A stretch of 64,000 nt of DNA from Haliotis cracherodii (Eukaryota), in contig NW_027266297.1 of NCBI RefSeq assembly GCF_022045235.1, forward strand, positions 73,222,001 to 73,286,000, given 5' to 3'. The position numbers and the translations under genes were made by a program. The notes beneath the pieces were generated by a model. It was not told where the DNA came from and did not search any database. It was given only the letters and a program-made list of their open reading frames with translations. Shown here piece after piece: positions 24,604 to 38,483 of this stretch. The stretch's first letter is position 1. Every line of letters begins with the position of its first letter.

Positions 24604-25599
24604 TGACGAATCATCACATCTCGCTGGTCAGTGGCAGAAGTACTAGGTTAACTGCAACTCTTGGGAGAGTGGCACAGGACGGTTGGCAATTGAAATCCGA
24701 GGAAACATGCAAATTGAGGCTAAAATCAGACCTAGCTTCAAAACGTTTCTGGAAACCTAATCAGTATTCGTGGATGCCATGTTTGAAACATATTGCCCGT
24801 CATTACGAATGTCAACTCCCTGTCAGATGACGACCTACGATCACGTGACCGGAAACCACTATTGTTTTTGCTTGATAGCTCACACGGTGGAGCATTGTTT
24901 ACCAATGTAAACAAAGGATAAATACGCAAATGGAAATAGTATGCTATTTCATGACTTATAAAAAATGAAACAGATGAAAAATATCTTCAATATTTTGAGT
25001 GGATTGTGTAAGATGTGACAAGTCGTCACAAATCACCGGCCTGTGACAGAGGTACTGGGCTGACCGCAAGGAACACTGGGTAGGAGAGTGTTGACATCGA
25101 TGACATCGGAAAATCTGCCAGTTCTCGTTCAATCAAGGAAATGTGTCATTTGTCCGATATACCACGGCAGAGAATAACTATGTCATAATTAGGAAATAAA
25201 GTTTGTGTATTGATGTACGTGTTAGTTATGACACTAACTGATGACAACGTCATCTTTTGACATTTAATAATATTCAAGATGGCCGCCGAAACATGAAAGT
25301 GTCTCTACCTTGCTAATTGCATGGGATATGGAACTGCTTTTGGTGCTTATCGCTATTATTTTGCCTTCAACTTATTAGAATATATATTATTATATGTCAT
25401 CCTACCAACTGAGAAAATGAACATGTAAATTATATTTTAATTCAGCCACTGATTAAAGGACTTGAGAAAAAAAACAATAATCTGTATACAGAATACAGAA
25501 AGGTCAAACCAACCTTATTGTGTATTATTACTGAAAACTGTTTGAGAATGCAAAACGTATACGTACGTATTAGTTTTAGAAGTTTTAGAAGTTTTAGAA

Positions 25600-27150
25600 G
25601 TTATGTTTATCCAGTCTATGTTGTCATTAGTTACATGTCCAACTTATGAATGTCATCGTAAGAACATGCAAACTTGTGAAACATCGTCGCAAGCTCCGAC
25701 GTTCATAAAGTTTGGTCCTCACTCTTTGAAGGTTCATACTCCAATGAACTCACACCAAGTGAACGTCAGTTCTTAAGTGCGTGCACCTACTCATCTTGAA
25801 CGTATAGATACTTATAGTCCAGTACTGAAGACACCTATTGACGTCATTGGTCGATAGGACAGTTGCAAGTAACTCTCACTAAATTGGCCATCATACGAGT
25901 AAGGTCTGCTGGCTGGTTAGCGAGGGCAGGTCGTGTCCAGAATCATCATGTCCTTCATGCAACGTTCATAGCCGCTGTTCTTGTGGCTAGAGTCACCTGT
26001 CAATGTGGACAGGGAAGTTATAGCTCCTCCAAGACGTACTTGCCCGTAATTCCAGTCTGATATGGATGAAGACGGAGTTCCTATTGGCTAGTTGTGCATC
26101 CAGGTGCAAAAGACACAAAGGATGTGCTTCATTTTTCCACAATTCAAAACTGGATCCTGTCAAGCTCATCCGTTGACATACACAAGCAAGGGTTACATGG
26201 ATCCCCAGCCAGGGTTCAAGTACTACGTACAATATACCAAGCAGGCTGGTAAGTTGGGTAGGAACTGGGTCTGGGCTTGACCATCTCTTGATTTCATAGG
26301 TTTCTGATATTGAAAGCCTTACTTTCGAAATGTTAGAGATTGTTGCTCGGAGTATGTAAACTCATTTGGTTTTTGTTCTGGTTAAGTTGGGTAATGTAAA
26401 ATGTGGTTATAATTATAATGTTTTTTTTTTAGAAACATTAAGAAACAAGTGATACTAATTTGACGGATCTTCGCGACGTCATGTCGGACTTTAGCACATA
26501 AGTTACTGTTTTATAAAGTGAAGTGAACGCAGTCTGCTCTAAATGTGGTCAACTGGAGGTAACAGTAACACCAATCAAACCTGATATCACGACTTGAAAC
26601 ATAATCATGACATGCTGTATACAGATATTGATGCTGTTTCTGTACAACGTCTATCTAAGATCGGTGACGACATGAACGAACTGGAGTCCTTTAGTCGACG
26701 AGATAATGTCCTTCTCCATGGCGAAGTAGAAGAGGAGACATCGATAGCTTGCGAGGAAACGATGATGTAAATCTTTGATGAACACTTAGCTTTTAAAAGC
26801 GGCAATAAAAAAAATCAATGTAGCTGCAAAAACTTCGGAATACATCTAGGACATACTGATATAATTTGGAATTTAAGAGTCATAGATTCATGCCGACTTA
26901 TTTCAAGCAGTCCAACTTCATACATTTTTGCATGTTTTAGCGCAACATGACATTTCATGACCAGTTCTGTACCACACCACAAAAGAAAAAAGCCCCTTTT
27001 CAGACTTTGAATAGACTTGGGTACTCATTGGCTTCAATCATAACCCATGTGGATTATAAAAGTCCAATTGGTGTGGTATCTGCAGTGTATTTTCTGACAG
27101 GTGGTAAGATTTTAGGCAGGAGTCACGTTTCGTGACCTTTTGACATGGCG
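25600..27150 (+). mobile_element. Decayed Academ-like remnant; 26890-27145 matches the inner TIR at ~10110-10390
   Basis: Direct similarity to 10110-10390; weak C-terminal transposase-like traces ~25950-26170. Confidence 0.45.
26600..26800 (+). mobile_element. LINE ORF1 fragment
   Basis: MNELESFSRRDNVLLHGEVEE resembles the LExxSRRxNLxxxGxxE ORF1 motif. Confidence 0.5.
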
Positions 27151-27589
27151 ACCAACATATATATCTTATTACCGTATTATAAACTGACGTCCAAAAGAAA
27201 CTTTACCAGAGTTTGAAATCACTCTTGCTCAAAAACAACAAAACATACATGCACGAAGTAAGAAGATCAATATATCAACAAAATCAACACTGAAAATGAC
27301 GATCATACCGCGACCGAGAATGACGTCAGAGCCCCCCAAAGTTGGGTGCTGTACAAAACTAGACCTTTCAGAATCATGGACAATAGGCAGAGTACATAAA
27401 CAATCGCTCACGTTCAATAACACGTCATTAGTAGCGTGTGTGACCATCAAATGCCTCAATACACGCAAAAAACTCTTCGACGCACAGAAAAAGTCGGTCA
27501 TCTGATGAGGTCACGTGGGATTTGACGCCATTCGTCTTGGAGGACCAAGATCAGTTCTTGACTTTTAAAAAACATGTATGCATCAGTCA

Positions 27590-28130
27590 GCGCATATATC
27601 AAGGTCAAAATGAACGTACGGAGTGCTTAACAACATCCTCCGGTGTACGACAAGGTTGTGTTTTTGTCCTTTGTTTATATTCTTCATAAATGTACTTGCT
27701 ATAGAGCTGCAAAATAGTTGCCAACATGGGATATGTGTAACACAAGATATAATGGGCATTATGCTCCTTCTCTTTGCTGATGATGTTGTCCTTTTTGGTG
27801 TAAATGGCTTGCAAAAACAGTTAAATGTGTTACGGAGTAACTGTTCAAATTGGGGTCTTGAAGTAAATCTGAATAAAAAGAATGCTATAGTTTTTAGAAA
27901 AGGTGGTATTGTTGCAAAACATGAAAAATAGTTTCTTGGTTTGCCTGCCTGGAGTGTAGTCACTTCTATAAATATTTGAGTCTGATGTTCTCCTCTAGAT
28001 TGTCATGGTCTAGCAATTAGCTGTTCAGGCGTCGAAAGCCATTATGCCTCTTTATAATTTATTCAGGAAAAATAGTCGTGTGTCTTTTTTCACAGCATGT
28101 ACCATTTTTGAAAGAACAATTTTACCTATA
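27590..28130 (+). mobile_element. Non-LTR retrotransposon RT fragment
   Basis: GVRQGC, PLFIFFINVL, LLFADDVVL, GLQKQLN, WGLEVNL, VFRKGG. Confidence 0.8.
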
Positions 28131-28133
28131 ATT

Positions 28134-29090
28134 TTACATTACCCTGTCCGGAAAAATGAAATTTGATGATAAAAAAACAAAGCAGATGACAATAAAACCG
28201 ATCGCCCATACGCATCACGGCCACGGCCATGGTAACCCGATGTACGTGAGTTCCGTGCAAATTGAAATGCACATGCGTTCCCCCATTTCTTGCCCTTTGA
28301 ACATCCACCCAAATCGGATAACATTCATTCGTTATTGAATTGCTACCACATGCCAAGATTGACAAGAAATCAGCGACACCAAGCCCTTGGACGATTGCCA
28401 ATTGGTCAAACCGCCCGGCAAGTAGCCAATGCATTGCAAGTCCACGTAAGGACCATATACACGCTCCAGCAACGGTACCAGACCACCAAAACTACAGATG
28501 ACCGACCACGTAGTGGAAGACCAACGGTTACCACCCGACGTCAGGATCGTCAGATTATGCGACAGCATCTTCAAGACTGCTTTGTTACTGCTGTGGATGC
28601 TGCTCGCCAGACCATGGGGACACGCCAGCGACACATTAGTGTGGACACCGAGCGTCGACGACTGACGAGCAGACACCTCCACTGTCACAGGCCACAACTG
28701 GGACCCATTCTGACACCACGTCATCGCCGAGACCGTCTTCAGTGGGCAACACAGCACCAGCATTGGCGCCAGCAGGAGTGGAGATGACTCCTCTTCTCAA
28801 ACGAGAGCCGTTACTGTATCTCAACACCAGATGGCAGAGAGTCTGGCGACACCGTGGAGAACGTTATTCGGATGCTTGTGTTGTTGAGAGACTCGTGGGG
28901 TGTTTCGAGCATCATGGTGTGGAGTGGAATTGGTCTTGCACAGAGGTTCGGCTCTGTGGTCTTCCAGAACATCGGTGCAGGGAGAGACAATGTTGTCACA
29001 GCAGCTCGGTTCATTGATCAAGTCTTGAGACCACATGCCATACCTCATTTGGCACCTCGCCGCAACCACCAGTTTCAGCATGATAATTGT
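28134..29090 (+). mobile_element. Tc1-like transposon remnant, 3'-truncated
   Basis: MPRLTRNQRHQALG (28350)...RPRSGRPTVTT...SIMVWSGI...FQHDN, with frameshifts. Confidence 0.85.
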
Positions 29091-29215
29091 GATTATTGAT
29101 TATTTGTGAAATTGGTGATTGTTACACAGTTCTTTGTGGTGATATGAACAGGTGAACTGAACTGCAACTGATCTTTTGATGATGGTTTTGGTAAATACAA
29201 AGTTCCATTTGGTGA

Positions 29216-29478
29216 GTTGGTTGGTTGGTTGGTTTGTTGCTTTACGTCGCATTCAGCAATATTCCAGCTATATAACGGTGGTCTGTAAATAATCGAGTCT
29301 GGAACAGACAATCCAGTGGTTGATATCATGAGCAACGATCCATGCAATTGAGATCGATTACATGCATCAAGTCAGCGAGCCTCTCACGTTAGTCGCCTCT
29401 TTGGACAAATTCAGTCGCCTTTTACGGCAAGCATGGGTTGCTGAAGACCTATTCTACCTCGGATCTTCACGGGTCCCA
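29216..29478 (-). mobile_element. SINE-like family B
   Basis: Full copy to GACCCGTGAAGATCC 5' end; TSD-like CCATTTGGTGAG/CCATTTAGTGAG. Confidence 0.85.
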
Positions 29479-29499
29479 TTTAGTGAGGAAAAAGACATA

Positions 29500-30850
29500 T
29501 AAACTAGCGGGCAAGAGAAAGAGAGAAAGGTATCATGAGTATCTATCTATCTATGTCAATTTTCCAAAACTGCACGAAAACAGTTGGGAACACATAGCTG
29601 GAATGCAGCTTTCCTATTCCCTGTGAACATGTGCATGCGCTTCACGTGATTTGCGAGAAAAGTGAATTTAACACTAAATAATGCAAAATCTGCACAATGT
29701 TTCCCGCATGAAATTCTGATTTAAAGCATGAGCAGGATTACACTCTCTCATCACATGAAACCGTTTAAAACAACGAACTTGCCTCGACTAACCGCAGAGC
29801 AGAGGGAGAGGGCCATCGGTGTTTTGCAAATGGGAGCGATGCAGGAGCTCGTTGACAGATCATGGGCTGCTTCAAGTGCACTATCGCCAGACTTGTCACA
29901 CGCCACAGGCAAACTGGCACTACTGCAGACAGGCCGAGGAGTGGAAGACCCAAGGTCACGAACCCACAGGAAGACCGATATTTACGGGTGTTTCACCTAA
30001 TGTCCAGATTCCCAACTGTGACGACATCTTCCGCAAACAACCTTGGACATCCAGTTAGCGGAAGGACCGTTGCTAGACGACTACGCCTGTATGGTCTCCT
30101 TGCCTATTGACATTTCAAGGGCATGACGTTAACGTTTCTACACCGACGTCACAGACAGAGATGGGCCAGGATTGTTCAGCAGTGGCAGCAGAGAAATTGG
30201 CGAAGACTGCTCTCAAGCGACAAAAGTAGGTGCCACCTCATCAAGTCTGATGGGCGGGTTCGAATCTACCAACGACATGGTGAACGGTCGGCACGTTGTT
30301 GCGTCCAAGAAGTGGAGCCTTATGGAGGTGGTAGTGTCATGGTCTGGGGTGGCATCTGCGGGGAACAGAAGACAGATCTGGTCATCATCGACGGAAATCT
30401 CACTGCACGTCGTTACATTGACATGGTTTTGCGGCCTGTGGTACTGCCTTTCCTGCATCGACACTCATGGACGCTGTGAGAACAACGCCACCCCTCGCAC
30501 AGCTCGAGTAACTAGCGACTTTCTGAACGCCAACAACGTGACCGTATTACAATGGCCAGCCAGATCACCGGACCACTCGCCCATAGAACTGGGACCAACT
30601 TGGACGCAGGATTCGGAAACAGCCGCCATTGACGAGGGATACCTGCAGGAAGAATGACGTATAATCAGGATGTCAGGAGACTCGTGTACTCAGTTCGACG
30701 TCGTGTAAGGGCCTACATCGTTGCTGGAGTAGGTCACATCCGGTAATGAGCCATGTGTATAGCACGGGACTTCAAAAGTAATCGACGTCGATTCTGCGGG
30801 TGTGATCGAATACTGGACAGTACACCCATGATAAACGTGTCTGCAGAATT
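29500..30850 (+). mobile_element. Tc1-like transposon remnant
   Basis: LPRLTAEQRERAIG...RPRSGRPKVT...GGGSVMVWGGICG...WPARSPDHSPIE...GHIR*, multiple frameshifts. Confidence 0.85.
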
Positions 30851-30899
30851 TTAAGTCCATTTTCTTTTACCTTGTCATTTTCAAATATCGTTTTTGAAT

Positions 30900-32960
30900 A
30901 TTTTTTTATAATGAAGCATCAACTATTACTAAATTTGGCGTCTGATGTGTTTTAGCCCAGAAAATTGTTTATATTAGGTTATATAGAGTCCGATCATTTA
31001 CCATTAGAATAAACATGTAAATTCCAAAACATGAACAACGCAACTGATAAGCCGACATTTGGTTGTTTTAAAGAAACAATTTTTTGGAATGAACCCCTTT
31101 GTGAAAATGTTTGAACAGTCTAAAGGAAAAGATGGTAACCTGGTAACTTCTGCTGAGTAAACTGGATTTGAACAAGGATGGGGCTATTTATGATATCATC
31201 TATGTTATCGTAGATTCTTTATCTAAAATCAACATACTAAGGCACCATTAAGTGACGAATGTAAGATTGCAAGACGAGAAGCTAACAAAGCATTGAGAAC
31301 ATTTGGACGTAGACGATAGACTGATAGAAATATCTACTGCAAAAAGAAAAACCAATACAAATCCTGTTCTAGGAAATATTAATCTGACTTGTGTTTAGGC
31401 TAAAAAACTCAGTGATACCAGTTTTGGAAAGAATTACGTTCATTTATAAATAAGCATTAAAATTCAAAAGATTCTACAAAAGCCGAGGGACTTATTCATT
31501 TTATGAAAGCCTTTTTCAAACGATACTGTTATCCACACTGACAGTGACGTGCTAGCCGATATTCTGGATGTTTCCTCTTCATGTTACACTGATTGTGAAC
31601 CTATTATAAAAAAACAAAACTCAGGACGCCATAATGCACCTAAAAGATGAAAGGCTGCTGGTCCTTATATTGTGGTTGAATGGATAAAATGTTCCAATTT
31701 TGAAATGATGCCTTTTTTCATTAATGTTTTAATGGGATGTTTGACAGTGATACGAATTGAGCTAATATGGGAGAGACTATTCAGAAAAATGACTCAACGT
31801 CATGATATATCACATTATATGCAATAACCCAAAAAGGACATGTCATGAACACAAAGTATGTGTAGCCTTTGTAGATTTTAAAAAAGCCTTTGACGCCGAA
31901 ACTGTCGCACTGTATTAGAAGTACAGGTCTGCAGGGAAAAAGTACTCCAGATAAAATGTTATACATTCAAATATCAAACCATGTAGTGACGATGAAGCTG
32001 ATTTCTTTGACTGCCATATTGGCTTACGACAAGGGTGTATCTTGAGCCGGATATTGTTATCATTTATTATCAGTGAATTGTATTATGAAATTACATGGCT
32101 AACGGTAAATATGGTATTCAAATGTTCTCAGATGCTTCTTTTTGCCGATGATGTTATATTAGTATCAAATCTGTAGTTGGATTACAAAAGCAACTTAACA
32201 TTCAAGAATGTTACACCAAAGAGTGCAAATTATCAGTTCAATAAGATGAAACAAATGTTGTCTTTTTCAGAAGAGGCTGTCAGGTGGGGTTGAATGAAAG
32301 ATGTTTTTGCGATGGTTAATGTGTAAATGTTCTGAATCATAATGACACATCTTGGTGTAATGTTTATCCATACAATGAACTTAAAGAAAGTGGGAGCTTT
32401 TACACCGCATATAGTAAACAAAATATCTGATTCCCAAATTCAACCAATCCTTTTATATGAATCGGAATTATGGGGTTTCAGTGATATAATTGTCTCGAAA
32501 AGTTACATCTCTCAAGCCTATAGATTTGTTTTATCTGTATGATTTATGGCGAGTGTGTCAGATAACCGTTTCACGTCAACTCCCAAATTAGATGTTTGAA
32601 ATACTGGTTAAATATTCTTGAAAGAGATGAATGCCGAAAATCCCCAAACTTGCTTATAACTTGCTTGTACATTTGGACGTAACAGTGACATGGGCATCAC
32701 ATATTAGATACCTTTTGTGTCCTCATGGCTAGGGCCTTGGTGATGTTAAACCCGTTTTGAAACAATTTCGTGAACAATCTATAAATATATTTTACCAAGA
32801 ATGCCTTTTATCTCTAGAAAAGAGTTCAAAGTATGACTTGTCAATAACTTTAAAGAGAATTATTCAACCAGAAAAATGCGTATCCATATAAACATGAAAA
32901 GACATAAGACGTCCTTTTATTCAGTTCAGACGTGGATCGTTAGATATACGGGCGAACGAC
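30900..32960 (+). mobile_element. Decayed non-LTR retrotransposon (ORF2/RT)
   Basis: AFVDFKKAFD, GLRQGCILSPILLSLFISEL, FADD, QPILLYESELWG traces. Confidence 0.75.
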
Positions 32961-34868
32961 CGAGAAGGCATTCAATTATTAATTCAACTGATGGTACAAT
33001 AGATGTCTCTGACTCTGCACTGGAAGCCAGTTAGCACCTGCCAGGAATGTTGGAGCTGGACGAGAAATCCTCGGTGGTGAAGCTGAGTGAAGCCTTCGAG
33101 AGGCTGTTTTGCCCATCAAGCCTGATTATGACTCAAAGACACGCACAAAGTTCACAGAACGTTCATAATAATCTATTTTCAGCATCTACCGGATCTTGAA
33201 TTCATTCCAAGTCCAGCTTTACTTCTATTTCAAGTGAATGAAGCTGCCATTTTTATGTCTTATGTAAGACCAAGTGATATAAAGCAACTCTTCGCGTTAA
33301 CAAAGTTCATAGTTAACATAAATAATTAAGTTTGGAGTTTAAATAAATTGTTTTTGTTTGTCCTGATTTATGTAACTATAAGCATTGAAGTTGACGTTCT
33401 TCAGCTGATAAAGACAGTGCCTCACGTGAGCAAATTTACCATAAAACGATTCGGCCATTATGAAATTTGCCCATGTCTTCATCAGCTGATGAACGTCAAC
33501 AATTAAGATTTCAAGCCTTAAATCATCACAAATGTAATAACCAAGTCTCTTGTGTTCTTAATTCTTTATTTTGGTTTCTTTCATTCTTTCTTATCTATTT
33601 TCTTTTGCTCTTTTGCACATACAGTCCACATACAGATTGACTGAAACAGATGAGAAGCTGTCTCAGTGCTTAACAAGACAAACAATTAAATGTCTACACA
33701 TATTAAACAATAATTAACTTCAAGAGGACTAGGCTCACATTTGAACTTCATGGGCAAGTAAGGCAAGGTGAGCTTCTACAGAAGAACTAACACACACAGG
33801 TGAAACAATTATCAGTTCTAACACTAGAGAATTACTAAAAGTTTAGCATTATGTATGTAATGTAACATTGTATTTACATTAAGTGTTTGAGGCTTGGTGT
33901 GAAATTGTGAAACTGGCTTACCATTGTTTTAGACCAAAAATATGACTTGGTGACTTGGACATGTGCCTTCTGGCTACCACATGGCTTGAAAAACTGACTC
34001 CAGAGCATTTACCTCCCCTTGTTATATATTTAGAAGGGTAGTGGCTTAAGACTAGTTAATACAAAATTTAGAATTTAAAACGGAATAGGAATATTACAAA
34101 TTGCAAAGAAGCGAAAAATGAATATACCCTTTTTAGAAGCTAAAAGAAAACGATGAAATTTTGACCACTACAACAAACGTTCAAGAAGAGAAAGCCATCA
34201 AAGGATTTTTCCTCTTTTGCTTAACTAATATGTTTGAAGAAGTATATCTATTTGATTACTAAAAACATAGTTCGCCTTCATTTTATGAAAGAAACAACAA
34301 AATAATTCTTGGCTGTAAATAAATAAATAAATCAAACATAGTTCGTACTCCCGTTATAACGTGCTGTTTGACTGGCATTCTAGAAGTTGGTAAGCAAGTA
34401 AGAAACATACACTTTATGGATAACAACTTGTTATCCATTTCCTGTTGTTGGTTATGTTAGTCTGCTGCTTATCACAGCATATCCTGTACATATACCTCTC
34501 ATTACCTGGTGGTCACTCCAGTTAGAAGCTACATGGAAAACGTCGCTAAATGCAATACATCAGAAGTTGTTTTATATCCCCAAAGATTCCCGAGTCCTAG
34601 CTTGTTTCATATAAATGTGCCCAATGTGCGTCATTGTTGCTGTAAACGTACGGTTTAAGAATAACGACATATACCTGTTATTCGAACTGGGTATCATGTT
34701 TATAAAACATACCGTTTTCTAGCATTTCCGACCTTACTTTTAAGTGTTCCTTGATAAGAATGTTCTTTTACGAACGCTTCCAATGGAAATGACAACGAAC
34801 ATGGTTGAAATATTCTGTCCTGTACTCGTGTCCGGTTGAGTGGTCAGGGTCTAATGTTGTCTGTGCAG

Positions 34869-35002
34869 ATCTCCGCGATTGTAGTGAGATTCAAGCCAAC
34901 ATCTCTTCAACGGCCGATGACACCTACACCATCACTCCACCTGACGGGCGAAGTCCAATCTTAGCTCACTGCGATCTGACTCACAACGGTGGCGGATGGA
35001 CG
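34869..35002 (+). CDS. Fibrinogen-related domain (FReD; ficolin/tenascin-like) gene, first FBG exon; upstream exons not identified
   Basis: ctgtgcag|LRDCSEI...YTITPPDG...AHCDLTHNGGGWT|gtaag. Confidence 0.88.
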
Positions 35003-35076
35003 GTAAGATACAAGACTTGATTCCATCACGATTGAAACAAACACACGTCCCTGTGACAATAATGAATATTTATCAT

Positions 35077-36135
35077 ATACTCAACAACAAAGGTTCCTGT
35101 GACACCAATATTTAAGTGTATTTTCCAACAAAAGTAAAGTTTGGTTTTCAATATTGTAGTACATGTATGGAGTCAAGTCGCAAAAACGCAACTGCTACAG
35201 AAAAGCATGCCTTCCATGCAAAAGACTTTTATGCACGCCCCATGCATTTCACGACTCAAGAATGGGTGTAAAACGTGTGCATTAACTGGATTTCATATGC
35301 ATTGAAAAAAAATAAAAAATTACGCAATTATTCAATATTAGGAAATGCCACGCCTGTCCGAAAATGAGCGTCTGCGAGCCATTGGTTTGCTTGAAGCAGG
35401 ATCGAGTCAATGTGATGTTGCAAGACAATTTAACGTCCACAGAAACACCATTTGGTGTTTATGGCAACGTTGGCAACAGACGAATGCAGTCAGAGACCAT
35501 CCTCGGAGTGGCAGACAACGCGTCACAAATAATCGACAAGACTGGATTCTGGATTCGAACAACACACCTACGAAATCGATTCCAGCAAGCAACGGTGACT
35601 GCAAGAAGCATCCCTGGCCTTCGACGAATATCTTCACAAACCGTACGTCGTCGCCTCAGATGTGCAAGGATTGTCGCCAGAAGACCACCGTTTGACAGGA
35701 AACCACCGTCAAGCATGGTCTACGCTGGACGGCCTTGCAGTGGGGACAAGTTCTATTCACTGACAAGTCTTGTTTTCACCTCAGCCACAGCGATGAACGA
35801 GTTCGAATGTACCGACGTCGAGGTGAACGTTACGTCAATCATTGTGTCATGGAAGAAGATCGGTTCGGGGGCGACAGCGTTATGGTATGGGATGGGATTA
35901 CAGCAAGACAGAGGACCCGTTTGATAGTGGTAGGGGGGAATCTCAATGGACAGCGCTACCGCGACGAGATCATCGGCCCTGTTGTTCTACCGTTTTTGCG
36001 TCGTCATGGCCCAGGCATTACCTTTCAACATAATAACGCCTGGCCTCATATTGCTCGATTTGTTCAGGATTCTCTTCAACAAAACAACGTGAATGTCATC
36101 CCCTGGCCGGCTCGCTCCCCTGATCTCTCGCCAAG
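35077..36135 (+). mobile_element. Tc1-like transposon remnant in FReD intron
   Basis: MPRLSENERLRAIG (35345)...VLFTDKS..GGDSVMVWDGI...WPARSPDLSP, truncated. Confidence 0.85.
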
Positions 36136-36250
36136 GCTAGCTAAGTACAATGTTTATTCCTAATACAGGATATTTACCATCCCCAAACACACTCGCGTGA
36201 TAACCTCAATATATTCAATGTGCATTAACAGAACACTGATTTTTATTTAG

Positions 36251-36382
<132 letters not shown>

Positions 36383-36711
36383 TAGACGTACGCTTGATTT
36401 GACCCTCGGGACATTTAGAAGTAAAACACTAAACCAGTGTTGCAATGGCATTTTGACAGTATGACTGTCACATTCCGACATTGCGCCTTTTCTTGCCTCA
36501 AACATAACATATCCGCAATTTAGAATAAGGGCATATTGAACAAGAGTTTAGGCCTTGAAAGCTTTGGAAAGGAGGAAGTAGGGTAAGGGCCCTTTTGGGC
36601 CCACTGAAAATGTCAATTTTAACATTTCGGAACAGTCTTAATCGTGGTGTGAACATGATAACACATTGGTAATAAACTATTTCTTTTTTACACTCCTCAA
36701 ATGATCAAATA

Positions 36712-37130
36712 TACTGACGGAAAAGGTAACTTCATATAAAATGGTGTACATGTTATGGTTTTGGAAATAACAAAATTATTGCTCATTCGTCTAATCAATG
36801 TATTATCATTACCATGTTATTTACAAGACCCACACCTGGACACAGGAGACACAGCCGCGGGCCCTAAAAGAAGAGTGGCGTAACAACTCAGCTAACAATA
36901 TCAATATCGGCTGTGACCACCATTTGCGTTGATTCAGGTGAAGCAGGTGTGGCGCATTTACACCAGATGATTGAAAACAGCCTGGTGTGTTGTTTCAAAT
37001 GTCAAGCACAGATCCAACTTCTCCAACTGACAGATCCGCAGGTCGAAGAGATAGAGCGTTACTTGTCGGTTCTGGTCCTGCCTTAGGCGTCGTTCCATCT
37101 CATCCCAGACATGTTCTGTGGGCAGACATC
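36712..37130 (-). mobile_element. Tc1-like 3' fragment
   Basis: TEHVWDEMERRLR...NANGGHSRY*. Confidence 0.6.
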
Positions 37131-37947
37131 TGGAGAAACAGCCGGCGATGACAGTACAGCTATGTTGTGCTGCCTCAAGAATACTGTAATAGCACGCGCA
37201 ACATTTGGGTGGGCCTTTTCCCTGCCGCAAGCTCAGAGGGGTGGTGGGGTAGCCTCTGTGTAAAACCCATTACTGGTGTCCCCCGCTTGGAGCTTGTTGG
37301 AAATCTGAGACCCTTACCTGTGTGACTGCATAACGGAAACTAGTGTGTTGACCTATTTCATCTGGGTACGTCCGATACGACTGTAATTCCCCATAAAATG
37401 TTGTAAGCCCCCCTTGTAACCCCCGGTTGTAGCCCCCAGTTGTAACCCCCGTTTGTCCCAAGGATATGAAGCACAGATATTTTCCCCCGTCATTATAGCT
37501 TTTGAATTTTACAGAATTTTTGAAATTTAGGTTAAAATCTTAGCAAATGAGCAAATCTGTAACCCAAGATGTTTTACCACATTTTTTTATTTTTTTTATC
37601 TTAATCAAAGGAAATCAAAGACTTTTGACACTTTCGAGAGCCTTACCTATACACTTATAGTTACATTATCAATAATGTGCATGTATTCAAATAAAAAAGT
37701 ATAGTTCATTGGTATGAACACATCTCAAAACTTAAATAACAATTTCTAAACGTTTCACTGCATATCCTTTTAAACAAAGAGGGCCTTGATCCTTGTTACC
37801 TTGTCCTTTGAAAGGCCGAGCTGCACGTGCATGTATGTTTTGAAATTTAGTTACCCGCTACATACTGTTGTTGTGAATTTCATGATTTAGTGAGTGAAAG
37901 TTGACGTGGTTGGCAAAACCATTCCTAGTTTGTAATCATATAGCAAA

Positions 37948-38078
37948 NNNNNNNNNNNNNNNNNNNNNNNNNNNNNNNNNNNNNNNNNNNNNNNNNNNNN
38001 NNNNNNNNNNNNNNNNNNNNNNNNNNNNNNNNNNNNNNNNNNNNNNNNNNNNNNNNNNNNNNNNNNNNNNNNNNNNNN
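37948..38078. other. Assembly gap (N run)
   Basis: Run of N. Confidence 1.
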
Positions 38079-38318
38079 ATCAACTGGTTTGAGATACCGG
38101 GCCTGTGCCAATTTCCATTACTGTCGAATGACAAAATAGTTAACAGAACCTACCAAACACCCGATCCTCATTTAGTTATATAGGACAGATGAGTTTTATA
38201 CCATTCACTCGCACACGGACACGTTCACACATGTCGTTGGAGTTACCAAGTATTTCTTATCAACAAAGTTTTTTTTTGTCTGTCGTTAATCTGTTCCAGT
38301 TATGTTCTTATGATATAG

Positions 38319-38483
38319 GCAATGAGAACATCCGGCGCATCATCCAAGGGCGACAATTCGAGCTGCGTATCGACTTTGAGGACTTTGAAGGGGAACACAG
38401 ATATGCCCGTTACCAAAACTTCTTCATCGGCAACTTTGCAGAACACTATGCTCTAGATATATCGGGCTTCAGTGGCGACTGTG
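38319..38483 (+). CDS. FReD gene exon
   Basis: tag|NENIRRIIQGRQFELRIDFEDFEGEHRYARYQNFFIG...YALDISGFSGDCG|gtaag. Confidence 0.9.
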
